The notes beneath the pieces were generated by a model. It was not told the origin of the DNA and did not search any database. It was given only the letters and a program-made list of their open reading frames with translations. A DNA stretch of 63,876 bases, the filler included, from an uncultured Rhodopirellula sp. (GTDB taxonomy: Bacteria > Planctomycetota > Planctomycetia > Pirellulales > Pirellulaceae): assembly GCA_964007735.1 (NCBI GenBank). It is 3 parts of 3 records of this genome, joined end to end, with 100 filler letters (N's around TTAATTAATTAA, not from the genome) between each part and the next. Parts side by side here need not be neighbours in the genome. Positions count along the whole stretch, not along the records: positions 29,338 to 57,932 come from CAXGAI010000053.1; 2 more parts are not named here. One strand, written 5' to 3'. This document shows, one piece after another, positions 39,500 to 49,535 of this stretch (positions within the stretch are counted from its first letter, which is position 1; each line of letters opens with the position of its first letter). Position numbers and translations under genes: made by a program.

Positions 39500-40078
39500 A
39501 TGGAAAACATCAGGATTATCAAAATCGGCGGCAGTCTCCTCTCTACAAATGACTATGTTTCGAATGTGCTTAGATATGTCAATCAACTCACAAACGACTT
39601 GAATATATTCATTTGCGGTGGTGGGCCTCCCGTCCAACGTATTCGTGAAGCTCAGCGACAATTCAATCTTTCGGAAGCTGAGTGTCATCACAACAGCCTT
39701 GTTGCGATGGATAGAAATACCCGCAACTTCTGTTGGCAGGCGGATATTCCCGTTATTAAATCCTGGGAATCAGTCGCCGAATATACCCAGAATCGCGGCG
39801 CCCCCATCTGCTCGATCGGTCTCGAAGTAACTAGCTTCGTCATGCAAGAAGAACATCAGTTTCCGCCACCGCACCTACCTGAAAACTGGGATACAACGAG
39901 TGATTCTATCGCCGCTAGGATTACCACTCTTCTTGATGCCAGTCTCGACCTACTTAAATCAACCCCTCCTGCCACGACTGACCTGATCCATCTCTCTAAC
40001 CAAGGATATATCGACCGTCATTTCCCAATCGCTGCAGCTAACATTAATTCGCTTAGGTTTGTCGATTTATCCGATTGA
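39500..40078 (+). CDS. mfnE: Amino-acid kinase family protein, MfnE/Orf21-like
   Basis: IKIGGSLL, CGGG...IREAQ and LPENWDTTSDSIAA motifs; 5 nt downstream of mfnF. Confidence 0.78.
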   Translation: MENIRIIKIGGSLLSTNDYVSNVLRYVNQLTNDLNIFICGGGPPVQRIREAQRQFNLSEAECHHNSLVAMDRNTRNFCWQADIPVIKSWESVAEYTQNRGAPICSIGLEVTSFVMQEEHQFPPPHLPENWDTTSDSIAARITTLLDASLDLLKSTPPATTDLIHLSNQGYIDRHFPIAAANINSLRFVDLSD

Positions 40079-41049
40079 AACGGCACAAACTCAGCCAGCG
40101 AGGCGACAGCTTCGATCGTACTGGTGATTCGAGGATTTACTTCGATCAAGACATCTTTATCAGATTCTTCACCTAGTATCAGATCCAAGCCAATCCAGCC
40201 ACGACTTTCCTCCAGAGGTAGTTTGGAAAATACCTTGTGAGCAAGCCTCCAGGTTCGCTCGATGTGCACTGGATCCTTCATGACGGCCCCATCCTGGAAT
40301 TCAAACCCAAATTCACCACCTAACGATTGATAGCAAGGTGGTAACAATACGGGTCCCTCTGCCGTTACAATTGCGGCAACACTTACGGACTTCCCCGGGA
40401 CCACATTTTCGACTAACCAGCTCCCAACATGAGGGAAATCGTCATCAAGCAACCGCACACCAACGCCGCCCGTACCCATAACGGGTTTGCAGATGGCATT
40501 CACCAAATCGACTCCCCCAGAAATTTCACCATCCACAAGTAGTCCCCATGCCGGCATTTCAACATGATGTTCTTCAGCCCAACGGTGCAGGGCAACCTTA
40601 TTGATCCCCAACTTCCTTAGCTTCTTATCGGCTCCTAACATTTTTCCGCCAGCTATCAGACACTTACCAACGGCTATTTCCAACAAGTTGGCTAATTCGG
40701 GGGCTACCAGGATGGACCGATCTGCTCCACGGCAACACTCTTCAAAAACGGCCCACGGCGTTGTAGGATCAGCAAACAATACCATCGGCGAGGCGCCGGC
40801 TGAATTGGTGATCGCCTGCAAGTGTTCGCCAAACGATTTGAGACGGCTGTCTACCGATATCCAAACTTCGAAATCCGGTAGATTGAGAAAGAGACGAACG
40901 AGTTGCTCAAGCATCTGGGAACCATCAGCAATTAGATTTGGAACCTGATGAAAGTCGCCCAACTCAGCAAGGCAGGTATCTCCGTTGGTCACAGCGGCGG
41001 GTAGAAAAGCACCACCACCTGAGACCATTTCGTAAAGATAAACACGCAT
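40018..41049 (-). CDS. mfnD: ATP-grasp ligase, MfnD-like (tyramine--L-glutamate ligase family)
   Basis: YLYEMVSGGG, VAPELANLL, KPVMGTGG, GWIGLDLI and IEVNPRITST motifs; adjacent to mfnE/mfnF. Confidence 0.68.
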   Translation of the reverse strand: MRVYLYEMVSGGGAFLPAAVTNGDTCLAELGDFHQVPNLIADGSQMLEQLVRLFLNLPDFEVWISVDSRLKSFGEHLQAITNSAGASPMVLFADPTTPWAVFEECCRGADRSILVAPELANLLEIAVGKCLIAGGKMLGADKKLRKLGINKVALHRWAEEHHVEMPAWGLLVDGEISGGVDLVNAICKPVMGTGGVGVRLLDDDFPHVGSWLVENVVPGKSVSVAAIVTAEGPVLLPPCYQSLGGEFGFEFQDGAVMKDPVHIERTWRLAHKVFSKLPLEESRGWIGLDLILGEESDKDVLIEVNPRITSTIEAVASLAEFVPFQSDKSTNLSELMLAAAIGK

Positions 41050-41066
41050 AGGAAATCAGTTCAAAA

Positions 41067-41390
41067 TCAAAAGATTCCCAACTGGTCACGAGCGTCTTCT
41101 GTCATACAGTCCGGGGTCCAGGGCGGGGTCATGACGATTTTAACTTCTACTTCTGCTACTTCGTCAAGAACTGAAACAACCTGTTTACTGTTAGCAATCA
41201 ATTGGGGTCCAGCAGGACACATAGGGCTCGTCATGGTCATATCAATCATGACGTTCTGCTTTGAGCCGTCGTCTTCATTAGCTTCAAATTCCACCTTGTA
41301 GATAAGCCCTAAGTCGACAATATTGACAAAAAGCTCAGGGTCGATAACTTTCTTCAGTTCTTCACGGACGTGATCTTCTGTTAATGCCAT
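41067..41390 (-). CDS. sufT: DUF59/MIP18 Fe-S cluster assembly factor (SufT-like)
   Basis: VIDPEL, NIVDLGLIY, TSPMCP and PPWTP motifs. Confidence 0.88.
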   Translation of the reverse strand: MALTEDHVREELKKVIDPELFVNIVDLGLIYKVEFEANEDDGSKQNVMIDMTMTSPMCPAGPQLIANSKQVVSVLDEVAEVEVKIVMTPPWTPDCMTEDARDQLGIF

Positions 41391-41442
41391 TTTGAATACT
41401 TCTCTCTGAGTCCCCGATCTGCGAGAACATTAATTATTGGAT

Positions 41443-41763
41443 TTAATCGTCTTCGCATACCTTAACAAAGACGTCGCCATTTTCAACTTTTACTTCGTGA
41501 CAGGCTGTCGGACGTGTTGCCGGTAAAGATTTCGCTTTACCGGTGCAAACATCAAATCGTGCTCCATGCCGTGGGCAAATCAAGTCATAGCCCTCCAATT
41601 CACCATCGGACAGAGGGCCATCATCGTGAGTACACACATCATCGATACAATAGAACAGTCCGTTGGCTTTGATCAACACCACGATGCGATCACTCACTTC
41701 AAGTATGGTTTTACCGGGATCTTCCAGATCATCGACATCAGCAACCTTGATGAATTCCGCCAC
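41443..41763 (-). CDS. Rieske 2Fe-2S ferredoxin
   Basis: CTHDDG...CPRHGARF motifs. Confidence 0.92.
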   Translation of the reverse strand: MAEFIKVADVDDLEDPGKTILEVSDRIVVLIKANGLFYCIDDVCTHDDGPLSDGELEGYDLICPRHGARFDVCTGKAKSLPATRPTACHEVKVENGDVFVKVCEDD

Positions 41764-41822
41764 TGTCGTTCTCCTTGCTTCAAATCCAGGTCAGTTTAAG
41801 CCGACTTGGCTTCAGCTAACGT

Positions 41823-43124
41823 TTATTCGTAATCCCGAACTCGCCGAGCAATCGCCAGCCCCAAGGCATCACGAACACTCTCAATCGTAATCCGATCGAA
41901 GATTTGCTGGAAGAATCCTGTCACAATTAAACGCATCGCTTCCTTTCGCGTGAAACCACGACACTGAGCATAGTAAATCATTTCTTCATCGACCTTACCT
42001 GTCGTGCTTCCATGAGTACAACGCACGTCATCTGCTTCGATCTCTAAACCAGGAATGGAGTCAGCCCGAGCATTATTGGATAGCAGGAGGTTGTCATTTC
42101 GCTGATAACCGTCGGTCTGCTGTGCGCCCTCATCAACTTTGATCATTCCTCGCCAAACGGTATGCGATTTATCCTGTAAGGCAGCCTTATAGAGAAAATC
42201 ACTATAGCAATTAGGCTTTTTATGATATTGCTGCGTATGATACGAAAGGTGCTGTTTGTTCTCCGTGAACAACACACCATTCATCTGTGAATTGGCACCT
42301 TGACCATCCAGTACAACATGCTGGTTTACCTTGGAGAGCCGTGAGCCAATTGCGGCACTGGTCCACTGCAATTGAGCATCACGCCCAACAACGGCTTTCT
42401 GACGAGCAAAGTGCCAAACACGTTGGCCCCAGTTCTGAAGGTTCACGTAACGAAGATTTGCACGATCACCAACAATGAGTTCAATCGCACCACAATGCAA
42501 GCTTTCCGCATTTTCCGAAGTACTTGCGGTTTCAGCCAACAACGTCGCGCTAGCCCCATCTTCCAAAATAACAATGGTGTGTCCAAGATCCACTGCACCA
42601 TCTGACAATGACGAGAGAACATGGAATGGTTGCTCAACATGAACTCCTCGCGGTACATACAAAAACTGGCCACCCGTCCAACAGGCCGCATGCAATGCCG
42701 CAAACCGATCTTCGCGATCAAAGGCCTTTTCGAACAGGACACCTTCAAGAAGTTCACCGTGTTCAAGAATTAGCGCGTCTAGACTTCCAAAGATAACTCC
42801 TTGCTGTTTCAATTCTTTGTCCATCGTGTCAGTAACACAAATCCCGTTGTGAGAATGAACAGCACCGCTTAGCTCAACACCTTCTGAAAGCAGTGGTTCA
42901 ATCGCTTCGAGGCCTTCCAAGTTCTTCTCGGATGGAATTAAGAATTTATCGAGCTTAAAAAGACGGATGTCTGTACGCATCCACTCTTCTTCTCGTCGGG
43001 TAGGCCACTGCTGCTCAGAAAACTGTTGCCAAGCGTCATTACGCTGGGCGGTAACCCATTGAGGTTCTTGTCTGGCTGCTTGAAATGCCTGAAAATCTTC
43101 GGGATTAAAACCTAATTGCGTCAC
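41823..43124 (-). CDS. sufD: Fe-S cluster assembly protein SufD
   Basis: EEWMRTD, QTDGYQ and PGLEIEADDVRCTHG motifs; follows sufB. Confidence 0.95.
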   Translation of the reverse strand: MTQLGFNPEDFQAFQAARQEPQWVTAQRNDAWQQFSEQQWPTRREEEWMRTDIRLFKLDKFLIPSEKNLEGLEAIEPLLSEGVELSGAVHSHNGICVTDTMDKELKQQGVIFGSLDALILEHGELLEGVLFEKAFDREDRFAALHAACWTGGQFLYVPRGVHVEQPFHVLSSLSDGAVDLGHTIVILEDGASATLLAETASTSENAESLHCGAIELIVGDRANLRYVNLQNWGQRVWHFARQKAVVGRDAQLQWTSAAIGSRLSKVNQHVVLDGQGANSQMNGVLFTENKQHLSYHTQQYHKKPNCYSDFLYKAALQDKSHTVWRGMIKVDEGAQQTDGYQRNDNLLLSNNARADSIPGLEIEADDVRCTHGSTTGKVDEEMIYYAQCRGFTRKEAMRLIVTGFFQQIFDRITIESVRDALGLAIARRVRDYE

Positions 43125-43228
43125 GAAACTACTTTATCTATTTGATTCGAACCGCTTTCGCTCAAATTATAGCGATGGTTCTGTTTAAGTGATTAGTTAT
43201 GCACCGTTTGCCGGGTACGAAAATGACT

Positions 43229-44650
43229 TTACCCAACAGACCCTTCCATTTGGAGCTGAATAAGTCGATTCAGTTCCACGGCGTATTCCATTGGCAACTC
43301 TTTGACAAGCGGTTCAATGAAACCATTAACGATCATGGCACTGGCTTCTGTTTCAGAAAGCCCTCGGCTGGTTAGATAAAAAAGCTGTTCTTCACCAATA
43401 CGTGAAACACTTGCTTCATGGCCGATCGAAACGTCTTGCTCCATGATTTCAATATACGGATAAGTATCACTGCGACTTTCCGGATCAAGAATCAAAGCAT
43501 CGCACACGACATTATTCTTAGCATGTGTAGCCCCCTCTTCGACTCGAACTAATCCGCGGTAACTACTGCGACCACCGTTCTTTGAAATCGACTTGGAAAT
43601 GATCTGGCCTGTGGTGTGAGGAGCAACGTGAACGAGCTTGGCACCGGCATCCTGATGTTGTCCATTACCTGAAAAAGCGATCGAGAGGATTTCTCCGTGA
43701 GCGCCAGGTTCCATCATATAAACCGCCGGGTACTTCATCGTTAGCCGACTACCTAGATTTCCATCGACCCACTCCATGGTGGCATCCTGATAGCAAACAG
43801 CGCGTTTGGTCACCAAATTATAAATGTTGTTGGCCCAATTTTGGATAGTCGTGTACCGGCAGCGACCGTTTTTCTTCACGATCACTTCCACCACCGCTGA
43901 GTGAAGACTATCGCTACTATACATCGGAGCTGTACACCCTTCCACGTAATGGATCTCAGCACCTTCATCTACAATGATCAAAGTACGTTCGAATTGCCCC
44001 ATATTCTGAGCATTAATGCGGAAGTACGCCTGCATCGGAAACTCAATTTTGACTCCCGGAGGAACATAAATAAATGAACCGCCGGACCAAACTGCCGAAT
44101 TCAGTGCAGAAAACTTGTTGTCTTCAGATGGGATGATAGTTCCAAAATATTCCCGGAACAACTCGGGGTGTTCTTTCAACGCCGTATCAGTATCTGTGAA
44201 AATCACTCCCTGTTCCTCAAGATCCTCAGCAACGCTTCCGTACACAACCTCACTTTCGAACTGCGCTTTAACGCCGGCGAGAAACTTCCGTTCAGCTTCC
44301 GGAATCCCCAAGCGATCAAACGTTTCCTTGATTTCTTCAGGAACGTCATCCCAACTCTTTTCCTGACCGTCGGTAGGCTTCAAATAGTAGTAGATATCCT
44401 GAAAGTTGATATCAATGTCACCACCCCATTCGGGCATAGGCTTACTCTCAAAGATTTCTAAAGCCTTCAGGCGAAACTCAAGCATCCACTCAGGTTCGTC
44501 TTTCATATCAGAAATCTGTCGGACGATTTCTTCATTTAGGCCCTTCTGTGCCTTAAACACCGCTTCCGTTTCCGTACGGAAATCATACTTATTGATTTCC
44601 CCCAGAGATTCTGCTTCTGCATTTTTTTCAGGAGTAATATCGGTAGCCAT
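43229..44650 (-). CDS. sufB: Fe-S cluster assembly protein SufB
   Basis: [29 protein letters not shown] and [10 protein letters not shown] motifs. Confidence 0.97.
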   Translation of the reverse strand: MATDITPEKNAEAESLGEINKYDFRTETEAVFKAQKGLNEEIVRQISDMKDEPEWMLEFRLKALEIFESKPMPEWGGDIDINFQDIYYYLKPTDGQEKSWDDVPEEIKETFDRLGIPEAERKFLAGVKAQFESEVVYGSVAEDLEEQGVIFTDTDTALKEHPELFREYFGTIIPSEDNKFSALNSAVWSGGSFIYVPPGVKIEFPMQAYFRINAQNMGQFERTLIIVDEGAEIHYVEGCTAPMYSSDSLHSAVVEVIVKKNGRCRYTTIQNWANNIYNLVTKRAVCYQDATMEWVDGNLGSRLTMKYPAVYMMEPGAHGEILSIAFSGNGQHQDAGAKLVHVAPHTTGQIISKSISKNGGRSSYRGLVRVEEGATHAKNNVVCDALILDPESRSDTYPYIEIMEQDVSIGHEASVSRIGEEQLFYLTSRGLSETEASAMIVNGFIEPLVKELPMEYAVELNRLIQLQMEGSVG

Positions 44651-44729
44651 TTTCTTAGCTTTCTGCCCTCAATGAGGAACGCTTTGGGTTTAGTCTAAAA
44701 GTTACCCGCAGTTTTGTTTTGTTCGCTGT

Positions 44730-45533
44730 TTATTCGCCAGTCATCGCCAGGTTTTCAGCTTCAGCCTCAGGGTAGGCCGCTCGAATCCGTTCATAGCCAT
44801 CAGCGTGTAGCTCTTCCGCTAACTCAGATCCTCCGGTTTCAACCAGCCTGCCTCCGAGCATGACATGGGTAAATTCCGGTGGATTATGAACTAGTAATTT
44901 GTCGTGGTGAGTGATGATTAGCAGGCCCATCTTTTCGCGACCGATATCGGCAATACTTTCACTCGCTAAACGGACCGCATCGGCATCCAAACCACTATCC
45001 GTTTCATCCAAAATGGCGAATTTTGGCTGCAACATTGCCAACTGAAGAATTTCTGCTCGTTTCATTTCGCCACCAGAAAATCCATCGTTAACGTATCGGC
45101 GAGCAAACTCCATATCCATCTGCAGCTGCTGCATTTTGTCTTTTAATTCACGACGAAAATCTTTCATCGGAATCAGGTCTTCCCCTTCTTTACGTTCAGG
45201 ATTACGAACATTGGTGGTAGAGTGACGAAGGAAATCAGCCATTTTCACGCCGGGAATAGCTACCGGGCGTTGGAAAGCCATAAACATTCCAGCCCGCGCT
45301 CTCTCGTCCGGCTCCATCTCTAGTAGATCTTTACCATCAAGGGTGATAGAACCACCTGTGACCTCATACTTAGGATGCCCCATAATGGCCTGCCCTAAAG
45401 TACTCTTGCCAGATCCATTAGGCCCCATTAGTGCATGAGTTTCACCATGCTTGATTTCTAAATCAACACCTCGCAGAATTGGCTTGCCTTCAACGGCTAC
45501 TTGTAGATTCTCAATTTTAAGAACGTGTGTCAT
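44730..45533 (-). CDS. sufC: Fe-S cluster assembly ATPase SufC
   Basis: GPNGSGKS, FSGGEMKR, LDETDSGLD and ITH motifs. The ORF track starts at 45563. Confidence 0.96.
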   Translation of the reverse strand: MTHVLKIENLQVAVEGKPILRGVDLEIKHGETHALMGPNGSGKSTLGQAIMGHPKYEVTGGSITLDGKDLLEMEPDERARAGMFMAFQRPVAIPGVKMADFLRHSTTNVRNPERKEGEDLIPMKDFRRELKDKMQQLQMDMEFARRYVNDGFSGGEMKRAEILQLAMLQPKFAILDETDSGLDADAVRLASESIADIGREKMGLLIITHHDKLLVHNPPEFTHVMLGGRLVETGGSELAEELHADGYERIRAAYPEAEAENLAMTGE

Positions 45534-45635
45534 TCTCTCTCTTCTAATTCGAGTGTCCCACACTCATTCCGTTTCTTAAAAACGGCATATTGGTTAAGTT
45601 TGCATGGCTTATCATCTGCATTGCACAGGAGCAAG

Positions 45636-46262
45636 CTATTTAACTTTTTGATGATCAAATACTAAACTATTGTCGTCAGGAGCTGCCACAAAGCCCGTAT
45701 GGTGCGGTACCGGCAATTCGTCTGCCACTTTAACCCCTTTAACACCAGTGCCTAAGCCTGTCCCTTGTTTCTTGGCGATACGACGACCACGAATCTTATC
45801 TTGAATTCGCATTAAGCCTTCCAACAGAGCTTCCGGACGAGGAGGGCAACCTGGTACATAAACATCAACCGGTACAACCAAATCAACACCTTTCACCACG
45901 TGGTAACCCCATTTGAAGTAGGGTCCACCGCCCACCGTGCAGGCCCCCATTGCAATCACAAACTTCGGATCCGGCATCATGTTATAAAGTCGACGAACAC
46001 GACTGGCCATTTTGTAAGTCACTGTTCCGGCAACAATCATCAAGTCAGCCTGACGAGGTGTCGCTCGAAATGCTCCTGCTCCAAAACGATCCATATCATA
46101 ACGACTGGCACCAGAGGCCATCATTTCAATTGCACAGCAAGCGAGACCAAAAGTCATTGGCCAAATACTCGATTCACGTGCCCAGTTAATGGCCTGCTCT
46201 ACGCTTGTGACCATCACGTTCTCTTCAAATCTTCCTTCAATCCAAGATTGTGGCTGATTCAT
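45636..46262 (-). CDS. nuoB: NADH-quinone oxidoreductase subunit B (NuoB), stand-alone
   Basis: [10 protein letters not shown] (tandem Cys of cluster N2), [12 protein letters not shown] and VPGCPPRPE motifs. The ORF track starts at 46316. Confidence 0.93.
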   Translation of the reverse strand: MNQPQSWIEGRFEENVMVTSVEQAINWARESSIWPMTFGLACCAIEMMASGASRYDMDRFGAGAFRATPRQADLMIVAGTVTYKMASRVRRLYNMMPDPKFVIAMGACTVGGGPYFKWGYHVVKGVDLVVPVDVYVPGCPPRPEALLEGLMRIQDKIRGRRIAKKQGTGLGTGVKGVKVADELPVPHHTGFVAAPDDNSLVFDHQKVK

Positions 46263-46338
46263 AATTCTTCCTGTTGTTTTAAGGAGTTGAGTAACACCTT
46301 GCCGACTTTCCTTCAATTCGACAACTCTGTCACCTGAT

Positions 46339-46992
46339 TTATATGATTGGTAATTGGCTATCCGAAACCGTTGATGATGTAACTTCGAAAGTACAGTTAC
46401 AAGCCCCGTCTAACCGACACTCTGCTAGCCGAACCGTTTCTCCCAAAATCTCGGAAAACAACATTTTCTCCATGCTGCAAACACTTCGATCGTAGTCAGC
46501 AATTTCCGGGTAAGGACAGGCCTCTACACTAAGAACCGGTAAGTCCCCGGTATGGTCTACCAAGATCGGCAAACGTCGATCGGCAAACAATTTAGTCAAT
46601 GCATCGAGCCGTTCACCTATATCCTGCCCCTGAACCTGGTTAGCATACATGTCTGCCAAACGGCGAGAGATGCGTTGCATTAGTCCCTGTCGCACTTCAA
46701 CATCTTCGATCAATCGGATTTCATCCCATAAAGCAATCGCCAAGTCGGCAAAGTTCTGACCACTTCGGCGACGGCCTTTACTCGTCAAAGCATATCGGTG
46801 AAAAGGACGCCCTCGTTCAGGCCGAACGGAAGTCCGTTCGATGTACCCTTCGGTCAGCAAACGACGAAGACGTTGCCGGACAGCAGTGCCAGTAACGCTC
46901 AAAACGTCGGACAATTGGGCAACCGTCAGCATGCCTTGCTTACGCAACACATCCAGAATAGTAACATCGGAATCCATGATTCCCGAACTCAT
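46339..46992 (-). CDS. sufR: SufR-like Fe-S-sensing HTH transcriptional regulator
   Basis: N-terminal HTH (TAVRQRL...RGRP), C-terminal CPY...VCxxE...CxF Cys pattern; first gene of the suf run. Confidence 0.8.
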   Translation of the reverse strand: MSSGIMDSDVTILDVLRKQGMLTVAQLSDVLSVTGTAVRQRLRRLLTEGYIERTSVRPERGRPFHRYALTSKGRRRSGQNFADLAIALWDEIRLIEDVEVRQGLMQRISRRLADMYANQVQGQDIGERLDALTKLFADRRLPILVDHTGDLPVLSVEACPYPEIADYDRSVCSMEKMLFSEILGETVRLAECRLDGACNCTFEVTSSTVSDSQLPII

Positions 46993-47339
46993 TTAATCCA
47001 CCTCAACCTTACAACCTTCACCTTAGCTACAAGAAACCGGTGAACTAGGCTGCACAACGTAGATTCTTTTCTTAATACGACGACTAAAGGGCTTATCGGG
47101 CAAAAAACCGCTAAAACCAATTAAATAATAAGCCTATATGCGATTTTTTACAATAATAGGTTTGAAAAAGATTTCCGCTTTTCCTGTCAACGTAAACTCT
47201 TTATTTCCAATAGGTTATAATCAACCAACTGTGACAATAGATTTAATTCAATTTCTGCCAATCGTTGAGTCGAGAATCTCCTTGGAATCTATTTATTTTT
47301 AAACAAAATCTATGGCCCTCAGGAAGACCTAAATCAAAT

Positions 47340-49529
47340 ATGAGACGTGATCGCAACCTAAAAAAACCTGTTTTTTGGACTCTATTACTTACCTTTGGGC
47401 TGTGGACTATTACTGCCCCGGGGCAAAGCGATTCAGAACTTCCACTCAATAGCACCGATACGACTGCGATATCGAGTGACGCCCCCGACGCATCTCCACA
47501 AAAAGCAACGATTACAGCTGACAAACAGGAAGAGAACAATCCTACTTTTATGGAAACCGTCGATCAGATGGCTGGCACGGCTGTTGAACATATTGCAAGC
47601 ATACTGTTCCTGAGAGTTGGGTCGTCAGAACAGGAGTCCATTCAATATAAAGATGTCGACTATTTCTATCGCAACACAGAAGATAGCGGCACCGATTTCA
47701 CCGCGTTGCAGGATAAAGAGCTGCAACTATCACAAAACGATATACAAGCTGGAATCAAAGCAGGCATTTACAACGAGAGAGCAATTGCAACTGGAACACT
47801 CCAATCTGAAGGGGCCGCCCCGCTGAGAGTTGAATTTGTTTCAAGAACCATTAAAGAAGCCACTTATATCAAAGATGCGAACGGTACATTCCGAGCTCAG
47901 GAGCCTATGCTTTCGAAATTATCCAAAGATGACACCCTTTCAGACGATGAAATCACAGCCGCTCTTGCTGAAAATTTTCTTGTCCTTAGCGACGAAGGAG
48001 AGCATGTTCATATTGGGAATGCCGGAGGTATGCCAATTGTCGTCCTTTGGCTTGCTTGCGGCGCTGTCTTCTTCACCATCTACATGCGTGGTGTTAATAT
48101 TTGGGGCTTCAAACACGCCATTGAGGTCGTCCGCGGAAAATACGACAATCCCGAGGAGGAAGGAGAGGTCACCCACATGCAAGCCTTGGCCTCAGCTCTT
48201 TCTGCGACGGTCGGCCTCGGAAATATCGCAGGGGTGACCATTGCGATGACGATGGGGGGCCCGGGAGCATTCTTCTGGATGATGATGTGTGGTTTCTTTG
48301 GCATGACCAGCAAATTCGTAGAATGTACGCTGGGCCAGAAATACCGCCGGATCAAAGACGATGGTAGTGTCCTAGGCGGCCCTATGGCCTACTTACCAGC
48401 AGGACTGAGCGAATTAAGTGGCGGACCGCTAGGATTTTTTGCTAAACCGCTAGGAGTTATTTTGGGAGTACTTTTTACTTTCATGTGCATCATGGGGAGC
48501 TTTGGTGGTGGGAACATGTTTCAGTCCAATCAGGCCGGGAGCCAATTACTGACCATCGTTCAGGAAGATGACCGGGTTGAGTTAGCCAGTCTCAGCGAAC
48601 AAATTAAAGTCGCGAACGAAGCAAATGACAGTGAAAGGGTTCTCGAATTGGATGGTCAACGAGAAGCTCTGAAGAAAGAAATGACCGTGTTTGCTGACAA
48701 GTTCAGCATGGGTTTTGGTCTGGTGATGGCGGCACTCGTCGCTGTGGTTATTATCGGCGGGATTAAGAGCATCGGAAAAGTGGCGGAAAAGATTGTACCT
48801 GCCATGTGTCTCATTTATGTGCTGGCATGCCTCTATGTCATCCTGGCGCATGTCGGCGAAATCCCAAGCCTCATTGGAATGATTTTTACTGAGGCTTTTA
48901 ACCCTCAGGCTTTTGGTGGCGGGCTGGTTGGTGTTCTCGTGATCGGCGTTCAGAGAGCAGCTTTCTCGAACGAAGCAGGGGTCGGTAGCGCAGCCATTGT
49001 GCATAGTGCAGCCAAGACCGAAGAGCCCATTCGAGAGGGCACTGTCGCTTTGTTAGAACCATTTATCGACACCATTGTTGTTTGTTCAATGACCGCACTC
49101 GTCATCTTGATCACGGGTGCCTGGAATAATGCGGACTGGATTGTCGAACAGGGGCTGGCTGGCACACAACTTACGAGTGAAGCTTTTGAATCCGTATTAC
49201 CCTGGTTCCCTTATATTCTGACTTTGGCAGTCGTACTATTTGCCTTTTCAACAATGATCTCCTGGAGCTATTACGGAGAACGATGCTGGGAAAGCCTGTT
49301 TGGTGGTAGCTTTCTAAGCGTCTACACGTACAAAGCGATTTTTATAATGGCAGTCTTTGTTGGTGCGATCATCCCGTTGGGAGCTGTTCTCGACTTTTCC
49401 GATATGATGATTCTATGCATGGCATTCCCCAACGTTCTGGGGCTTATCTTCCTCTCACCTAAAGTCCGCCGGGACCTGCTGGACTATTGGCACCGGTACA
49501 AATCCGGCAAGTTCACAACCTACAAATAG
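47340..49529 (+). CDS. Alanine/glycine:cation symporter (AGCS/AlsT family) with a long N-terminal extension
   Basis: ALSATVGLGNIAGV, GGPGAFFWM, GGPMAY, FSNEAGVGSA, EPFIDT and WSYYGE motifs. The ORF track starts at 47265. Confidence 0.92.
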   Translation: MRRDRNLKKPVFWTLLLTFGLWTITAPGQSDSELPLNSTDTTAISSDAPDASPQKATITADKQEENNPTFMETVDQMAGTAVEHIASILFLRVGSSEQESIQYKDVDYFYRNTEDSGTDFTALQDKELQLSQNDIQAGIKAGIYNERAIATGTLQSEGAAPLRVEFVSRTIKEATYIKDANGTFRAQEPMLSKLSKDDTLSDDEITAALAENFLVLSDEGEHVHIGNAGGMPIVVLWLACGAVFFTIYMRGVNIWGFKHAIEVVRGKYDNPEEEGEVTHMQALASALSATVGLGNIAGVTIAMTMGGPGAFFWMMMCGFFGMTSKFVECTLGQKYRRIKDDGSVLGGPMAYLPAGLSELSGGPLGFFAKPLGVILGVLFTFMCIMGSFGGGNMFQSNQAGSQLLTIVQEDDRVELASLSEQIKVANEANDSERVLELDGQREALKKEMTVFADKFSMGFGLVMAALVAVVIIGGIKSIGKVAEKIVPAMCLIYVLACLYVILAHVGEIPSLIGMIFTEAFNPQAFGGGLVGVLVIGVQRAAFSNEAGVGSAAIVHSAAKTEEPIREGTVALLEPFIDTIVVCSMTALVILITGAWNNADWIVEQGLAGTQLTSEAFESVLPWFPYILTLAVVLFAFSTMISWSYYGERCWESLFGGSFLSVYTYKAIFIMAVFVGAIIPLGAVLDFSDMMILCMAFPNVLGLIFLSPKVRRDLLDYWHRYKSGKFTTYK

Positions 49530-49535
49530 TTCTCA

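Noticed and set aside
47162..47190. TTGACA on the - strand as the -35 element of the suf promoter
   Set aside because: There is no credible -10 element at 16-18 nt spacing, and no SufR operator could be identified with confidence.
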